From Azolla caroliniana (taxonomy: Eukaryota; Plantae; Polypodiophyta), in contig JBHGNT010000013.1 of the NCBI GenBank assembly GCA_043228905.1, positions 20,026,001 to 20,090,000 of the forward strand: a DNA stretch of 64,000 nucleotides, given 5' to 3'. Position numbers and translations under genes: made by a program. The first letter of the stretch is position 1. Each line of letters starts with the position of its first letter. The notes beneath the pieces are model-generated. The model searched no databases, was not told the origin of the DNA, and was given only the letters and a program-made list of their open reading frames with translations. Positions 1 through 13,400 of the stretch are shown here, piece after piece.

Positions 1-999
1 GCAATTAACAAATCTCTAATATGGAACTGAATGATTTTGTTAGCTAAGCAATAAATGTTCTATGTTTAGATGGATTGCAACTCCCTTTCAAAAAACTCTA
101 ATATGGGCCAATCTAAGATGGGAGAGTTCTTTTAATCAAGCGAAGGAATGTGCATTTATGTCATGCGCTCTGTAGTGTGATAGGGAAGCTCAGGACCTCC
201 TCACGTTAGTTAGAAATTTAAATATATAGAACTGCATGTGAATCTATCTATGGAAGAATGGATTTGCCAATTGTGCCATTGAGGGGTGGAATTGTAGAAC
301 ACTATGTTTACCATTGTGTTGGTTTTTTATCTAATAAGAGGGAGATACCACAGCCTTTTTAAGGAAGATTTTGACCTACGATGGGATGTAATGGAATATG
401 AAGATAAATGGTGCTTGGGTCTGTTCTTGATAGATCTCAAGTGATTAAGGGAGAAGTTGAAGCACAGCATACAGCCACAACAATTGACTAATAGAGAATG
501 ATCATGGCGTTTTTTAGCTCCATGACTCATGCTACAAGCCAATCAAGGGCTACATGGGTCTTGACTTGGACACTTGAAAGGAGTTACTATAGATCAAGCA
601 TTGCAAATGTGTCATACATGTAGGCTACTGCCATCTAGATCCCAACCCATGCACCGACCCTTTTTATCAATAAATAAAGTCTATTTTGGCCTCGTAAAAG
701 ATGACAATATATCTTTCTTTCTTTTTTCCACTGTTGGGTGCATTATCAATAATGCATTTATTAACTTTATTTTAAAGGGTTCTTGCTTTTGTTCCTCTTT
801 ATGACATCATTTAAATATTGTTTTATTTTATATGTGAATGAATGTATGCACGAGTTGGTCTTTTAACTAGGTCTGGAGAATTGTCTACCTTTCTAGGTTT
901 AATCTTGCCTCCTACAAAGTAAAGGAATTTAACATGAAGATTTCCTAATGAAAATGCATGTCGAATAATCTGGCTCTGTTTTGGGATTATTATCTTTAG

Positions 1000-3900
1000 G
1001 GAGACTGTTACGGGTTGAAGCAACTTCATCCAACTCCCAACAATCAACTGCAACGGTGCCTGAACCACCTGAAGGATTTCTTGTTCCTGGTGTATTAGAA
1101 AGCATTAGTGGCGGAACTATTGATGAGCTTGTTAGTGATTCGGAGAAAATTGCTGAAAAGATACAGGTCCATTCCTTTCTATTTCATATTTCAATTCGAT
1201 CATGCATTGATATCCATTTTGGAGGGAAAAAGATGAAATATCCTCTATTATATGATGTTATCATAGTTAGAACCCCAAGTTTTAAGAAAAAGAATACCCA
1301 AAGCGTTTTTAAGTACATCCTAACAACAAAAAAAAACATTACTTTCTACTTTATCATGGCTGCAGAAAGGAGAAAGAAAGATATATTAGCGTCTTTTAAG
1401 AGGTCTAACTGGGCTATGAGATTGAACGAGAGATTGCACTGTAAACTGTTGCCTAGACTTTGAGAACTCCTAACCAAATTACTATAAGAACACTTGGTAA
1501 TGCTTAGCTAGTTACAATATTTGGTACCTCAAGCTGTTTTACTCATCTGACTTTATTTGTTTTGGTCGGTTGGTCTCAAATGCGAGATAACATGGTAATA
1601 TGGAATCCTTTGTTTGGTCTTATAAGCCACTTTGGCCTCTTAAAAGACGGTATGGTAATGCTTAGCTAGTTACAATATTTGGTACCTCAAGCTGTTTTAC
1701 TCATCTGACTTTATTTGTTTTGGTCGGTTGGTCTCAAATGCGAGATAACATGGTAATATGGAATCCTTTGTTTGGTCTTATAAGCCACTTTGGCCTCTTA
1801 AAAGACGGTAGTGTGCAGACACTGGAATATGTTTCTATATTTCTTTCTTTTTGTTACAATATACCTAACTTGAGGATCTCACATGTGCCAAAAACCAGAT
1901 TCCCTCATTTCTTTTCTTTTCATGTTATTTACTTTTATATTTACTGTGTAATATTTATTTTATTTTGATTTGTTCTCAAAGACAAGACAACACTTAAGAT
2001 GTAATCTCTTATTTGGTCTTATAGGCCATTTTGGCCTCTTAAAAGGCGTTAATATATCTTTCTTTCTTTCTTTCTCCTCTACTTCTCCTCAACAAACCAA
2101 TCCCAGTGGTTTCACATATTTTTAGAAGAAATGAATAAGATTAAATGAAGATTATCTGTCTTCTTACAGTCTGTGAATGATGGAAGTGAGAGAGCAAGCT
2201 CTTCGCTTTTCCAAGTTGATTTCATTCCTCGAGTTATTCCACCACCTGGTGAAGGTCAAAGAATCTACGATCTGGATCCACATTTGAATGGTCATCGTGC
2301 GCATCTTGACTATCGGTAATGAAGCACTGGCATGCTATTTTTTATTTGTTTTCGTGCTATTAATTTTACTCTCCAAGGAGAGTTAAATAAAAATACTTGA
2401 TTTTTTTCCTGGGCAAAAAGAGTTGAAGATGAAATTGTGTATGTTTACATAAGATTTGTTTTATACATTTCCACATATCCAGTGCATCTTACTACCCCCA
2501 TGAGCCTCGGCTCTCAGAGAGCCTTAACACTTCTTCAAACTCACTCACACAAGTAGGTGTCGAGGTAGCATTGTGGCATCATCACCCAAGCTAGGTAGGC
2601 AATGAAAACCTAATGGAGGATGAATAATACTTACTTTTCCCATGCTCAACATATAAGGTAATTTGTGAAAAGTATGATGACTTGTTAGACAGGATGATGA
2701 CTTGTTAGATGCAAAGTGACATGTTCATTCGGTCCCATAGGTCGAAATTGCCTCATAGACAATAGAAAATATATTATATTCTATTCTATATGAAATGTGT
2801 GGAGGAATAGCGGCCTACATAAGATTTTATTGAGTACATTTCCATGTATCCAATCACATCTTATTACACCATGAGCCTTGGCTCTAAGAGAGCCTTAACA
2901 CTTCTTCATACTCACTTGCTCAAGTGTGGTGTCGAGGTAGCATTGTGGCATCATCACCCAAGTATGAAGATATGCAAGGTAGGGAATGAAAACCTAATGG
3001 AGGATGAATATTACTTGCTTCTCACATGCTCACCATGTAAGGTAATTCATGAGAAGTATGACTACTTACTAGAAGGGCATGATAATATAAGTATAATACT
3101 CAAGGGCGAGCACATATTTGTGTGCATTATCTTCACATAAGAGAGTTTTTACTACATGTAACCCTCTTCCTAGGAAGGACTCACATACAAGATATTTTTA
3201 TTTGGTCCCTCAGGTCAAAGTTGGCCTCCTCATTGATGGTAAAAATCTCTTATATTCTATTCTATATGAAACGTTGGGAGGAATAGTGGGCTATATAAGT
3301 GTGTAAATATTAATCTTAAGAAGGATGCCCTTAACAACAATTCTAATATTAAGCCCAATGGTTTCTTTCGAAGTAAACCTGTAAAAATGAGCCACCAGTG
3401 ATTTCTAATATGTAAAGTGGTTTCTTTCGAGGTAAAAGTGTGTGAGTTACCTATGATTGATTATAGGCTGAGGAGATTTAATCTGTATATATTATTACCC
3501 ATTACGATGGTTGTATATAAGCCTGTATAAGATATACAATTGTGAAGCTTATGTTTTAACTATTAAGTGTTATCATTGTGTATTACAATATGAAAAAATT
3601 AGGTTTGCTCTATGAGAATTACAACAGTTTTGAATAAAGAGTGCGTACATTTCTTGGTGAATGATTGGGACATGATCTGCTGCCAGATTTGAACAATACA
3701 AGAGAAAAAGAGAGTTTATTGATAAACATGAAGGAGGTCTAGAGGCATTTTCAAGGGGATATGAAAAAATGGGATTCACCAAGAGGTATGCAACTGTGCT
3801 TCTGTTAATGATTATTATGAGCAATATATTTAACTCTTTTTCTGTAAAGTCATAAATGCATGCATGTATTATAATTCCTGATTACTGTATAAGAAAGGCG

Positions 3901-6900
3901 TTTTTTGCTTCATGATTATGAAATAAATAATTTAAAAACAAAACAAATAACTGAAGGGATATCGATTGACCAATCTGTATACTATGTGGGCAGTCATATA
4001 GATGCTCATGATGTGACCTTGCATTAGCACAGCTATTCTTGGTAGGCGCTATCAGCAGGATCAGACATGCCAATTTTAAAGTTTTATAAGTGATGAACTT
4101 ACTAGTGGAGGATCATTGTCTGCATGAATGTGGATTGACCTTATTTCTGTAGTCATACACTGGGCTCTAAAGTGTCATTGGATTTGCTGTTTTTCTGGAT
4201 TTTGCTATGGGAGCAATTGAATTGTGATTTTTCTGGATTTTTAAAAGCTATAAGGGCATACCTATTAGATAGAGAGTATTGCCTAGCTGCTGAATGCAGG
4301 GTCAGTGTTTTTGCCTGTCAGGTCATCATGTGACTGGTCAACCATCATCATTTATTTTCCGTTTATTCTCTGCCTTGTGAGTCATGATCTCACCATCCGT
4401 GTCATCGACAGATAAATACCATTATCTCCTCCCATTGCAGGTGCTTTCCTCTTGTCAAAGACCTCTCCATTCTGGTTCAACCTATGCTAGAGATCTTTTG
4501 AAGATGAAAATTACAGTTATCTGACTAATCTTCTGTGTATAGATGATGTGATTGTTTAGTCTCGTCTTATTTCTATTTCTATTTACTTTTTTTACTTTGT
4601 TCCATTTACATATTTTGGTTTGTTCTTCTCAAAGACGAGATAACATTTTAAGATATAATCACTTGTTTGGTCTTATAAGCCTCTTGAAAGATGTTAATAA
4701 CTCGTTCTTTCTTTCTTCATTCTGCCTTAAGCTAAAGGCATCTTATATATATTTAATGCTACTTTTACTTATATTTACATTGGTTAGCTGTCCACCAAGA
4801 TGAGACCATTTTCAGATGTAATGTCATCTAGTCACATAGGTCAATAAAGCCTCTTACGACATGTTAATATTTCTTTCTTCTTTCTGCTATGCCCATATTT
4901 CCTTGATGGGTCCGTTTCTCTGAAGGATTGCAGTTTATTCACTTGCAGCAATTATCTGTAAAATTACAATCTGATCAGGGTTCAGATTCACTCAAGTGAC
5001 ATTCTATAGAATATATCCAAATGTACTATTTTGATTAGAAAGATGTCCCTAATTTCATATTTTCTATGACATAGGTTTTCTGATGGCTTTAAACATAGTG
5101 AGGTTAGCTAAATTTTTAACAAATTTGGATAGTCATTGTAATCTGTTTTTTCTTCACTATTCTCTAGTTCAAACTTTGTCCTTTCTTCGTGGTTGCAGTG
5201 CTGAAGGCATAACTTACAGAGAGTGGGCACCTGGGGCAAAGGTAAATTGATACATTGTGATGCTTAGATTTATTTATGTGCAAACGAACTTGCTCCTGTG
5301 CAATCTTCAGCTCCATTTTATGCTGTAGGCGGCATCTTTAATTGGAGACTTCAATAATTGGAATCCCAATGCAGATATTATGAAGAAGGTATGCATGCTG
5401 TCAGTTTTTGTATAGTTCTGATATATATGGATCCCCAAATGAATTTTTGTCAAACTTCTGTATTACAGAATGAGTTTGGAGTCTGGGAAATTTTTTTGCC
5501 GAACAATGTTGATGGATCTCCTGCTATCCCACATGGGTCAAGAGTTAAGGTATGCCATGATTCTTGGGCATGAAGATCTCAATCTTGATCTCATCGGAGA
5601 TAATAAAATGTAGCAAGTATAAGCAAAAACATGTTACAATTTTAAATTCGTGAGTGGATAAATTGTGGGCTGTATAAGGCATGTATTTCTGATTAATCTG
5701 AATGGTCATAGGCAGTATAAAAACAAAGAACAAGAGAGCATTGAGACTTTGTCGTGATATTTGGGAAACTATGTGTAGATAGAAGTTTGATATTATCCTG
5801 ATATTTAGAAAGCTACATGTAAGTGGATCTCCATAATGCAGTTAAACTTGTGAAAAGAATTCCAAAGATGCTACTCATGTAATACTTGGACCGTATTGGT
5901 TATGTTGCAATTCTGGAAAATTCATTTTGCAACCCAATAAGAGACCTAAACTTCCTTTTTATTGGTAGATCGGAGGTATCATGGATCGTAATGTGTTATT
6001 GGTTACAAATGTTGTTACACGTTAGCAGGATGGTTATACAGCTTTCAGAACAACAAACACATCTTGATTATGATTATTGTCTTTAAGAGAACATAATTGC
6101 CTATAAGACCTGACAAACATTACAAATTTTTATGTTCATTTACCGATGTGAGGAACAAAAGACAAAAACAAAAGAAAATTGTCTTTCGTACGCTAGCTTA
6201 AACAAATGACTTAAAATGTAATCATTAATAGTGAATAATCAGGTTTGGTGCCTGTACATCGAACCTGAAATTTTTAACATGTGAAAATAGTCTATCGTGG
6301 AGCGATCCAATATGGAATAATTGGTAGAATGAGGGTGTCTCCGATGATGTGTGATGATGGCCTTGATCTTGTGAAGATCGCATATTGAAGTCATGCTCCT
6401 GGTTGGCATTAATGATGTCCATGCCAAAGAGAAATGGCTCTAGTTGTTGGAACTCCGCTGAGATGTGAATCCACTTTGGCTTGGATGTTTGCGTGTACAC
6501 CATGAGGAGTGTCCCTAGTAGTATCTGTACATAGAAATCTGTCAAAGCTCTCTGCCTAGGTGGATCAATAATCTACTTCTCCTTTCTCTAGAGGCTTTCT
6601 CTATGTCTCATTCTCTTTGGAAGGAAGGAAGAAAGAAAGAAAGAAAGAAAGAAAGATATATTAATGTCTTTTAAGAGGCCAAAATGGCCTATAAGACCAA
6701 ATAAGAGATTACATCTTAAGTGTTGTCTCGTCTTTGAGAACAAATCAAAATAAAATAAATATTACACAGTAAATATAAAAGTAAATAAGATGAAAAGAGA
6801 AGAAATGAGGGAATCTGGTTTTTGGCACATGTGAGATCCTCAAGTTAGGTATATTGTAGCTTTTGTCTTCGAAAGATCTCTAGCATAGGTTGATCCAGAA

Positions 6901-7440
6901 TGGAAATGTCTCCGAAGTGAGGGAAGCACCTACGATGGCGGGAGATAATGGCTTTGAAATAAGTATCGTTGATCACTACTCCATACACTACACAACTCTA
7001 TCCTACCTAGCCTTGATGGTGTTGGGATTTCCCATCCTGGATTCTTCAAATGCATTAATCACCATTGACCCTGTACATAGTGTAGAGCATATTTGTTGTC
7101 TGGCCCTATGGATATGGATATTTGTAGGCCGTCTTGATCTTTTATACAGCTTTGTTGTGTGCCAAACCTATTGTGAAGTGATTAGTATGGTAGAGTGTTT
7201 CTCATCGAATATCTTCCAAGCCTTCGTGCGATATTGGTTCAAAACAAGTTTCTAAGTCTTAGATTTCACCGTACCAAATAATGTTCCTTTTTTGTGAGCA
7301 TGTAGACGTAATTGAAACTATTTTGAAATTATCTGGGCAAAGAATTACACTTTTGATACCGACAATCACATGCAGCCCAAAGTATTGGGAACCAGCTCTT
7401 GATCACACAATTCGGTAACCACTTTGAGATCTGATGAGGT

Positions 7441-7484
<44 letters not shown>

Positions 7485-10400
7485 GTATTAATGTCCTTTA
7501 AGAGGCCAAAATGGCCTATACAACCAAACAAGGGATTACACATAAAGTGTTGTCTTGTCTTTGCGAACAACAAATCAAAATAAAATAAATGTTAGTAAGT
7601 AAGCATAAAAGTAAATAAGATAAAAAGAGTCTAAAGAATCTTGCTATTTGCACATATGAAATTTTCAAGTGAGATATATTGTAACTTTTTTCTTTGAAAG
7701 ATCTCCCGAATTGAGAGGTCTCTGAAGTGAGGGAAGGATCTGCAATGGGGGGATTATGGCCTTTGTAGATAATATTACAAACAAAGAGAATAATACTTTG
7801 ATGCAAACACGTAGAATGTAATTGGAACTATCCTGAAACTATCTGGGTAAATATCTGTGGGTTACGAATAATAGTAGTCAAAGACCTAATTTCAAGAATT
7901 TACGTTCTATTGATAATGGGAACTTCCTTCCACAAAATAGATAATCTTGACTTGCTGTAGAACCCTTGAGATAATTGAGAGGTATAAGCGATTGATTGTT
8001 GCTATACATGAGTGAGTACATCGGTGAACTTGCAGGGAGGGATGGTGCTTCCATTTGGCTATAGCATGGACTATCCCATGCTTGACCTCAGCTGATCAGA
8101 GGGAATTGAGGTGATTAGAGCATTTATATGGAGATTAGACAGGAAATATGATGATTTATATGAATAGTTAACCTTCACAGAGCATATTTCTGCAATGTTG
8201 CACCTTATCACAATTTTGCATTTAGAGATGTTGAAGGTGTGATTAAAGTTGTTATATACGCGTCCTTCAATTTTGGTTCTATACTTTGTCTTTGAGATTT
8301 ATGCTAATCTGTACATTTATAAAATCATTGCACAGATTCATATGGACACACCTTCTGGTTTTAAAGATTGCATTCCAGCATGGATAAAGTTTGCTGTGCA
8401 AGCACCTGGAGAGATCCCATACAATGGTATTTATTATGATCCTCCACCTGAGGTAGGTTTGTTACAAAGTAACTTTGCTCTGCCCCTGTTGCTATGTTTA
8501 TGATTCTACTAATTGATGCTATTCTATGATATGAATATTGGTGATACCCAGGAGAAGTATGAATTCAAACACTCTCGCCCAAAGAGGCCAACTTCTTTGA
8601 GGATTTATGAGGCCCATGTTGGAATGAGCAGCCCAGTAAGTACTAAATAAATTAAAATCTAAAAGTATGTATACATGTATATGAACCAAGCTTTCTCTTG
8701 TCTGCATGAGCAATATATTTTGATACCTCATACATAGACATGGACTGTATGTTTGTCTGTCTGTTTGAGCAATATATAGGTAGTTCATGTGATTTCATTT
8801 TTCTACCATAAGCAAAAATATGCTCAAAGTTATAAAGATGTTTAGTGATGTAACCTCACTATACCGAAAATTGCAACCAAGGCTGTGAACTATGATGTCC
8901 AGGAGATGGTCACTGATACAGGAGATTCTGGACACGTCTTAGCATAATGAAAATTTACTTCTTTTCAGTTGCTGATGGACCCTATGTTTTAGTTTTTTGG
9001 TTCATTTCTCACAGCTCATGTAATTTCATTGTTTTATGTTTCTTATGGATCCTATGTTTTCACCTGTGTATTATTCATCAAATTGCCCTGTTCTGCACCA
9101 TAAAAATATTTGAAATTGCCTGATGCATATGAAGCAAACACTGAGGATGAATTATATACTGTAGATAGTGACAATTTGTATGATAGATAATCTATGGTAG
9201 TGCTACATTGTCTGGCAGAGTCCTAGATGATGGCAAATTATTATGCATGTCATATATGTGGTTCTTGTTTGTGGTTTAATTTTTTGATTGTAACTTAGGA
9301 TAGGGTACCTTAGATCTTGTTCACTCTTAGTGATTGAAATGTATATATAGATAATTTACTCAATTTTAGACTAGTTTGTCTCAGATGCCTATTTTCACCT
9401 TATGTTTACAGGAACCTAAGATAAATAGCTTCACTAACTTCCGAGATGATGTACTTCCTCGTATTAAGAAGCTTGGTTACAATGCAGTACAACTCATGGC
9501 TATACAAGAACATGCGTATTATGCAAGCTTTGGGTTTGTTTCAATGCCTTAGTCATTATGAGTTTGTATTTATTATTGTAATGAAACAAACTTTTGGAAG
9601 ATAGCCAAACTGTCATTTCCTAGATTGTGAAGATTTAGTTAAGAGAGGGTGACAAGGTAATAACTACTACTTTTTTCCATCATGCAGTTATCATGTCACA
9701 AACTTCTTTGCTGTTAGCAGTCGTTATGGAACCCCTGATGACTTGAAAAGTCTCATTGATAGGGCACATGAACTTGGACTTATAGTTCTCATGGACATTG
9801 TACATAGGTAAACTCTTCCAAATAATAGCTATGACTACAGCATCATATTTAATATCTTGTATTTAATAGGTGTTCTGAACCATGGATGTTTATCCTTGTC
9901 TTATAAATGTCATGCTGGCAAAGAGTAGCCAGGCTATATGTTTCTTGGTGCTTCCTTGTCTACTTCTGGTTTTCACTGCAGCTGTAGAAACTTATAGCTA
10001 ACATTGAAAATGCCATTATCCTTTACAATTGTTACATTTCCACTTGCTATATCTCATGTTCTATTTATAAACATTTTCTTCATTGCAGTCATGCATCAAA
10101 CAATGTTTTAGATGGATTAAACATGTTTGATGGGACAGACTCCCATTATTTTCATTCCGGTGCACGTGGTTACCATTGGATGTGGGACTCTAGGCTTTTT
10201 AATTATGGAGAATGGGAGGTATGTCTGAAATTCAATTTTAAGGTTATCTTTTTTGAAAATAGAGATTGATATTGTTTCCATCAGATGGCAACATTTTTGT
10301 AGGAATGCCTCACCATTATGAATAACAGCTTTGTAATGTCTCTGCAGGTCCTACGCTTCTTGCTGTCCAACACAAGATGGTGGATTGAGGAGTACAAATT

Positions 10401-13400
10401 TGATGGTTTTCGTTATGATGGTGTAACATCAATGATGTACACTCATCATGGACTACAGGTAATATGTTTTGCATGAAACAATAGGGAATTGGACAAAATG
10501 TAGTTTGTTTTGCTGCATGCATTTCTGATTGATTGTAAGCGCAGATGATATAAATACCTGATTAAGGCAACAATCTAATTTTATTTCACCTTTGTGAATG
10601 ATTTATATTGTTTCTCATAACATAATTTAGAGGAAGAAATCTAAAACCACCCAAATTTTGAGTGTTATCATCATCTAGTATTTGGGAAATGCTGTACAAG
10701 AACACTCTCAACAGGATACCAACCACCCTTGGGTTTTTTGGTCACCTATATGCCTAGAACAGTACCTTTAATAGCAACAGGGGGTGCCAGAAATAAGGGT
10801 TATTGCAAGTTGCCATTGCCATTGCAGGTAATCATAGAAAAATGAAGGAAAGTTACTTTTAAATCTTTGTAAGTCCATTATGATGACAATAACTCATAAA
10901 ATAAGGGAGCTATTAATGTTGTCTCCTTAGAATGAGGGACATGTTAGAAAAGTGTATGTATGACTATTGTTACAGGTAGTTATTTACTGAGGCAAGGTTG
11001 TCACTAGTGAAGTTTCACACTCTGAATCAAATAGCTAAAGCACTATGCATAAAGAGCTTCTGACATTACTGTTGCTTGTCAAAATTTCTATTTAATGCTA
11101 GTTATTTTTAAAGAATGAGCTTTAATGATGTAAAGAAGCATTTATAGGTTGTTTGTGTAAGAAACAGTAGAGGAGGGCTATGAAAAATCTTTGAGATGGT
11201 ATTTTGATGAAATAAATCCAAATATCTCTAAGAAACTAGTTGGGCATTGATTTTGGCCAGATGCTTTGATTATACATGTATCATATTATTGTCTTGTTTT
11301 CTAGACTCTCTTAGGATATGGAAATCTTGTTGTATGCTTTCGTTATATTGTTGCATCAAATTTGTGCTGCAAGTATTTCACTCTTAATACTTCTGAATAT
11401 TCTGGACATTTCATCTTCTTATTCCTTGGTTGTCATTTTACAGGTTTCCTTCACCGGGAATTACAATGAATATTTTGGAATGGCTACAGATATAGATGCT
11501 TTGAATTATCTCATGTTGGCAAATGAAATGATCCATGCTTTATATCCAAATGCCATCACTGTTGGAGAAGATGTATATCTACTTTTTTGTGAAACAACTT
11601 AATGTGATATGATATCAAGTAAATTGACTTGATTTGAGATTGCCTTCTTTAGGTAAGCGGAATGCCAACCTTTAGTCTCCCTGTTGGAGATGGAGGTGTC
11701 GGCTTCGACTATAGGATGCATATGGCAGTGGCAGACAAGTGGATTGAATTTCTGAAGTATGATCTCAAAATTGTAAGGTAGGATCTTTCTTGGGTTAAAC
11801 TAATAAGATGGGTGATTTTGTAGGAAAAAAGATGAGGATTGGCTTATGGGTGAGATAGTATACACATTGACAAATAGACGGTGGAATGAAAAATGTGTTG
11901 TTTATGCTGAAAGCCATGATCAGGCTCTTGTTGGAGACAAGACAATCGCATTTTGGCTGATGGACAAGGTATTTTATCGATTTGGTTACATATTAATAGT
12001 ATAATGCCGGCTCTTAAATTAGAATATCTTGCTTAAACTACTTTTGAGATTATATTACATTGGAGCTTGGAAGTTGGGACGGTTTGAGGTTGATGAAGAT
12101 ACTACTGTCCAATTTCTTAGAATTTCTGTCCTCATTTTCTTATTGCCCCAAATAAACTGTAGGATTAATATGGAGTATTGGCTTCTCAACATCTCTCATA
12201 GATTCAGGTCACTCTCAAACTAGGGTGGTAGTATGTAATTAGCATAAATATTCGCGAAGATTTACCGAAATAACGCTAATGTTCCACAAGATTCCCAAAC
12301 TATCCCTGAACTTTTTAAAATTCTTGAAATGTCCTCAATTTTCAAAAAATACATGTCTCTATATCTCAAACGCTGGTAGGACATATATAAATCTACATAT
12401 TTTGCAAACCTTGCCATTTTGGAAACGCAATGTTTCAGGCCCCAAGCTCACCATGTTATGTGCGTAGATAATGGGAATACTTGTGAATTTTCTGATGAAC
12501 ATAGAATATCCATGCGTATACCTTTAGTCAAGGATAGTTGTTTTACTAATCTACTTGAATTCATTTTGCTTGGTTATTTTCTGACATGAGACAACAAATT
12601 TCAAATGCCATTTCTTGTTAGGTTCCATAAGAATTTTTGGCATCGTTAAAGATGTTATATATCTTCCTTTCATTCTTTCTGAACATGGAGATAATTGTTG
12701 TTGACATGTTGAAATGCAAGAATGATTCTAATCACAAGGGGCAAGTGCAAATGCACTATATTTTTACGGAGTAATATTTATTTTATTTTGATTTGTTGAT
12801 TTGTTGTTCTCAAAGACGACACAACACTTAAAATGTAATCTCTTGTTTGATCTTATAGGCCATTTTGTCCTTTTAAAAGTCGTTAATATATCTTTCTTTC
12901 TTTCTTTCTTCACCTGCATAGTGCACATAGATTCCTAATATATTATGTTTTGTCACAATGGCCAAGATCGGATGCTTTGACATGTTGGAACCCCATAGGA
13001 GGTGCATTCACAGTGGATTACTTGCTCCATCCTCTCCACCCTTAGCTTTTGGGATGTGTTTTAGTTTGTTGTTTCCCAACTAATTCTTTTTCGCCCTTTT
13101 TTGTGTTGTTTCTTTTATACATGTGTTTGATGAACATTAGCTGGTAAATAAAATGTACTGCTCACTATTGCTATTGGTTGTAGGACATGTATGACTTTAT
13201 GGCCCTTGATGGACCTACAACACCAGCAATTGATCGAGGCATAGCACTGCACAAAATGATCAGGCTCATAACACTGGGACTTGGAGGGGAAGGTTATTTA
13301 AATTTTATGGGAAATGAGTTTGGACATCCAGGTATTTTGTTCACAATGGAGATATATTGTTCATAGACTGACATGGTTACTAACATGTTAGATAATTTTA

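Noticed and set aside
327-980. Short ORFs before the first SBE exon in the window
   Set aside because: Probably intronic (possibly decayed TE); no motif recognised and no supported splice path.
12222-12460. Possible MITE in an SBE intron (similar character at about 44900-45070)
   Set aside because: No convincing terminal inverted repeats or target-site duplication.
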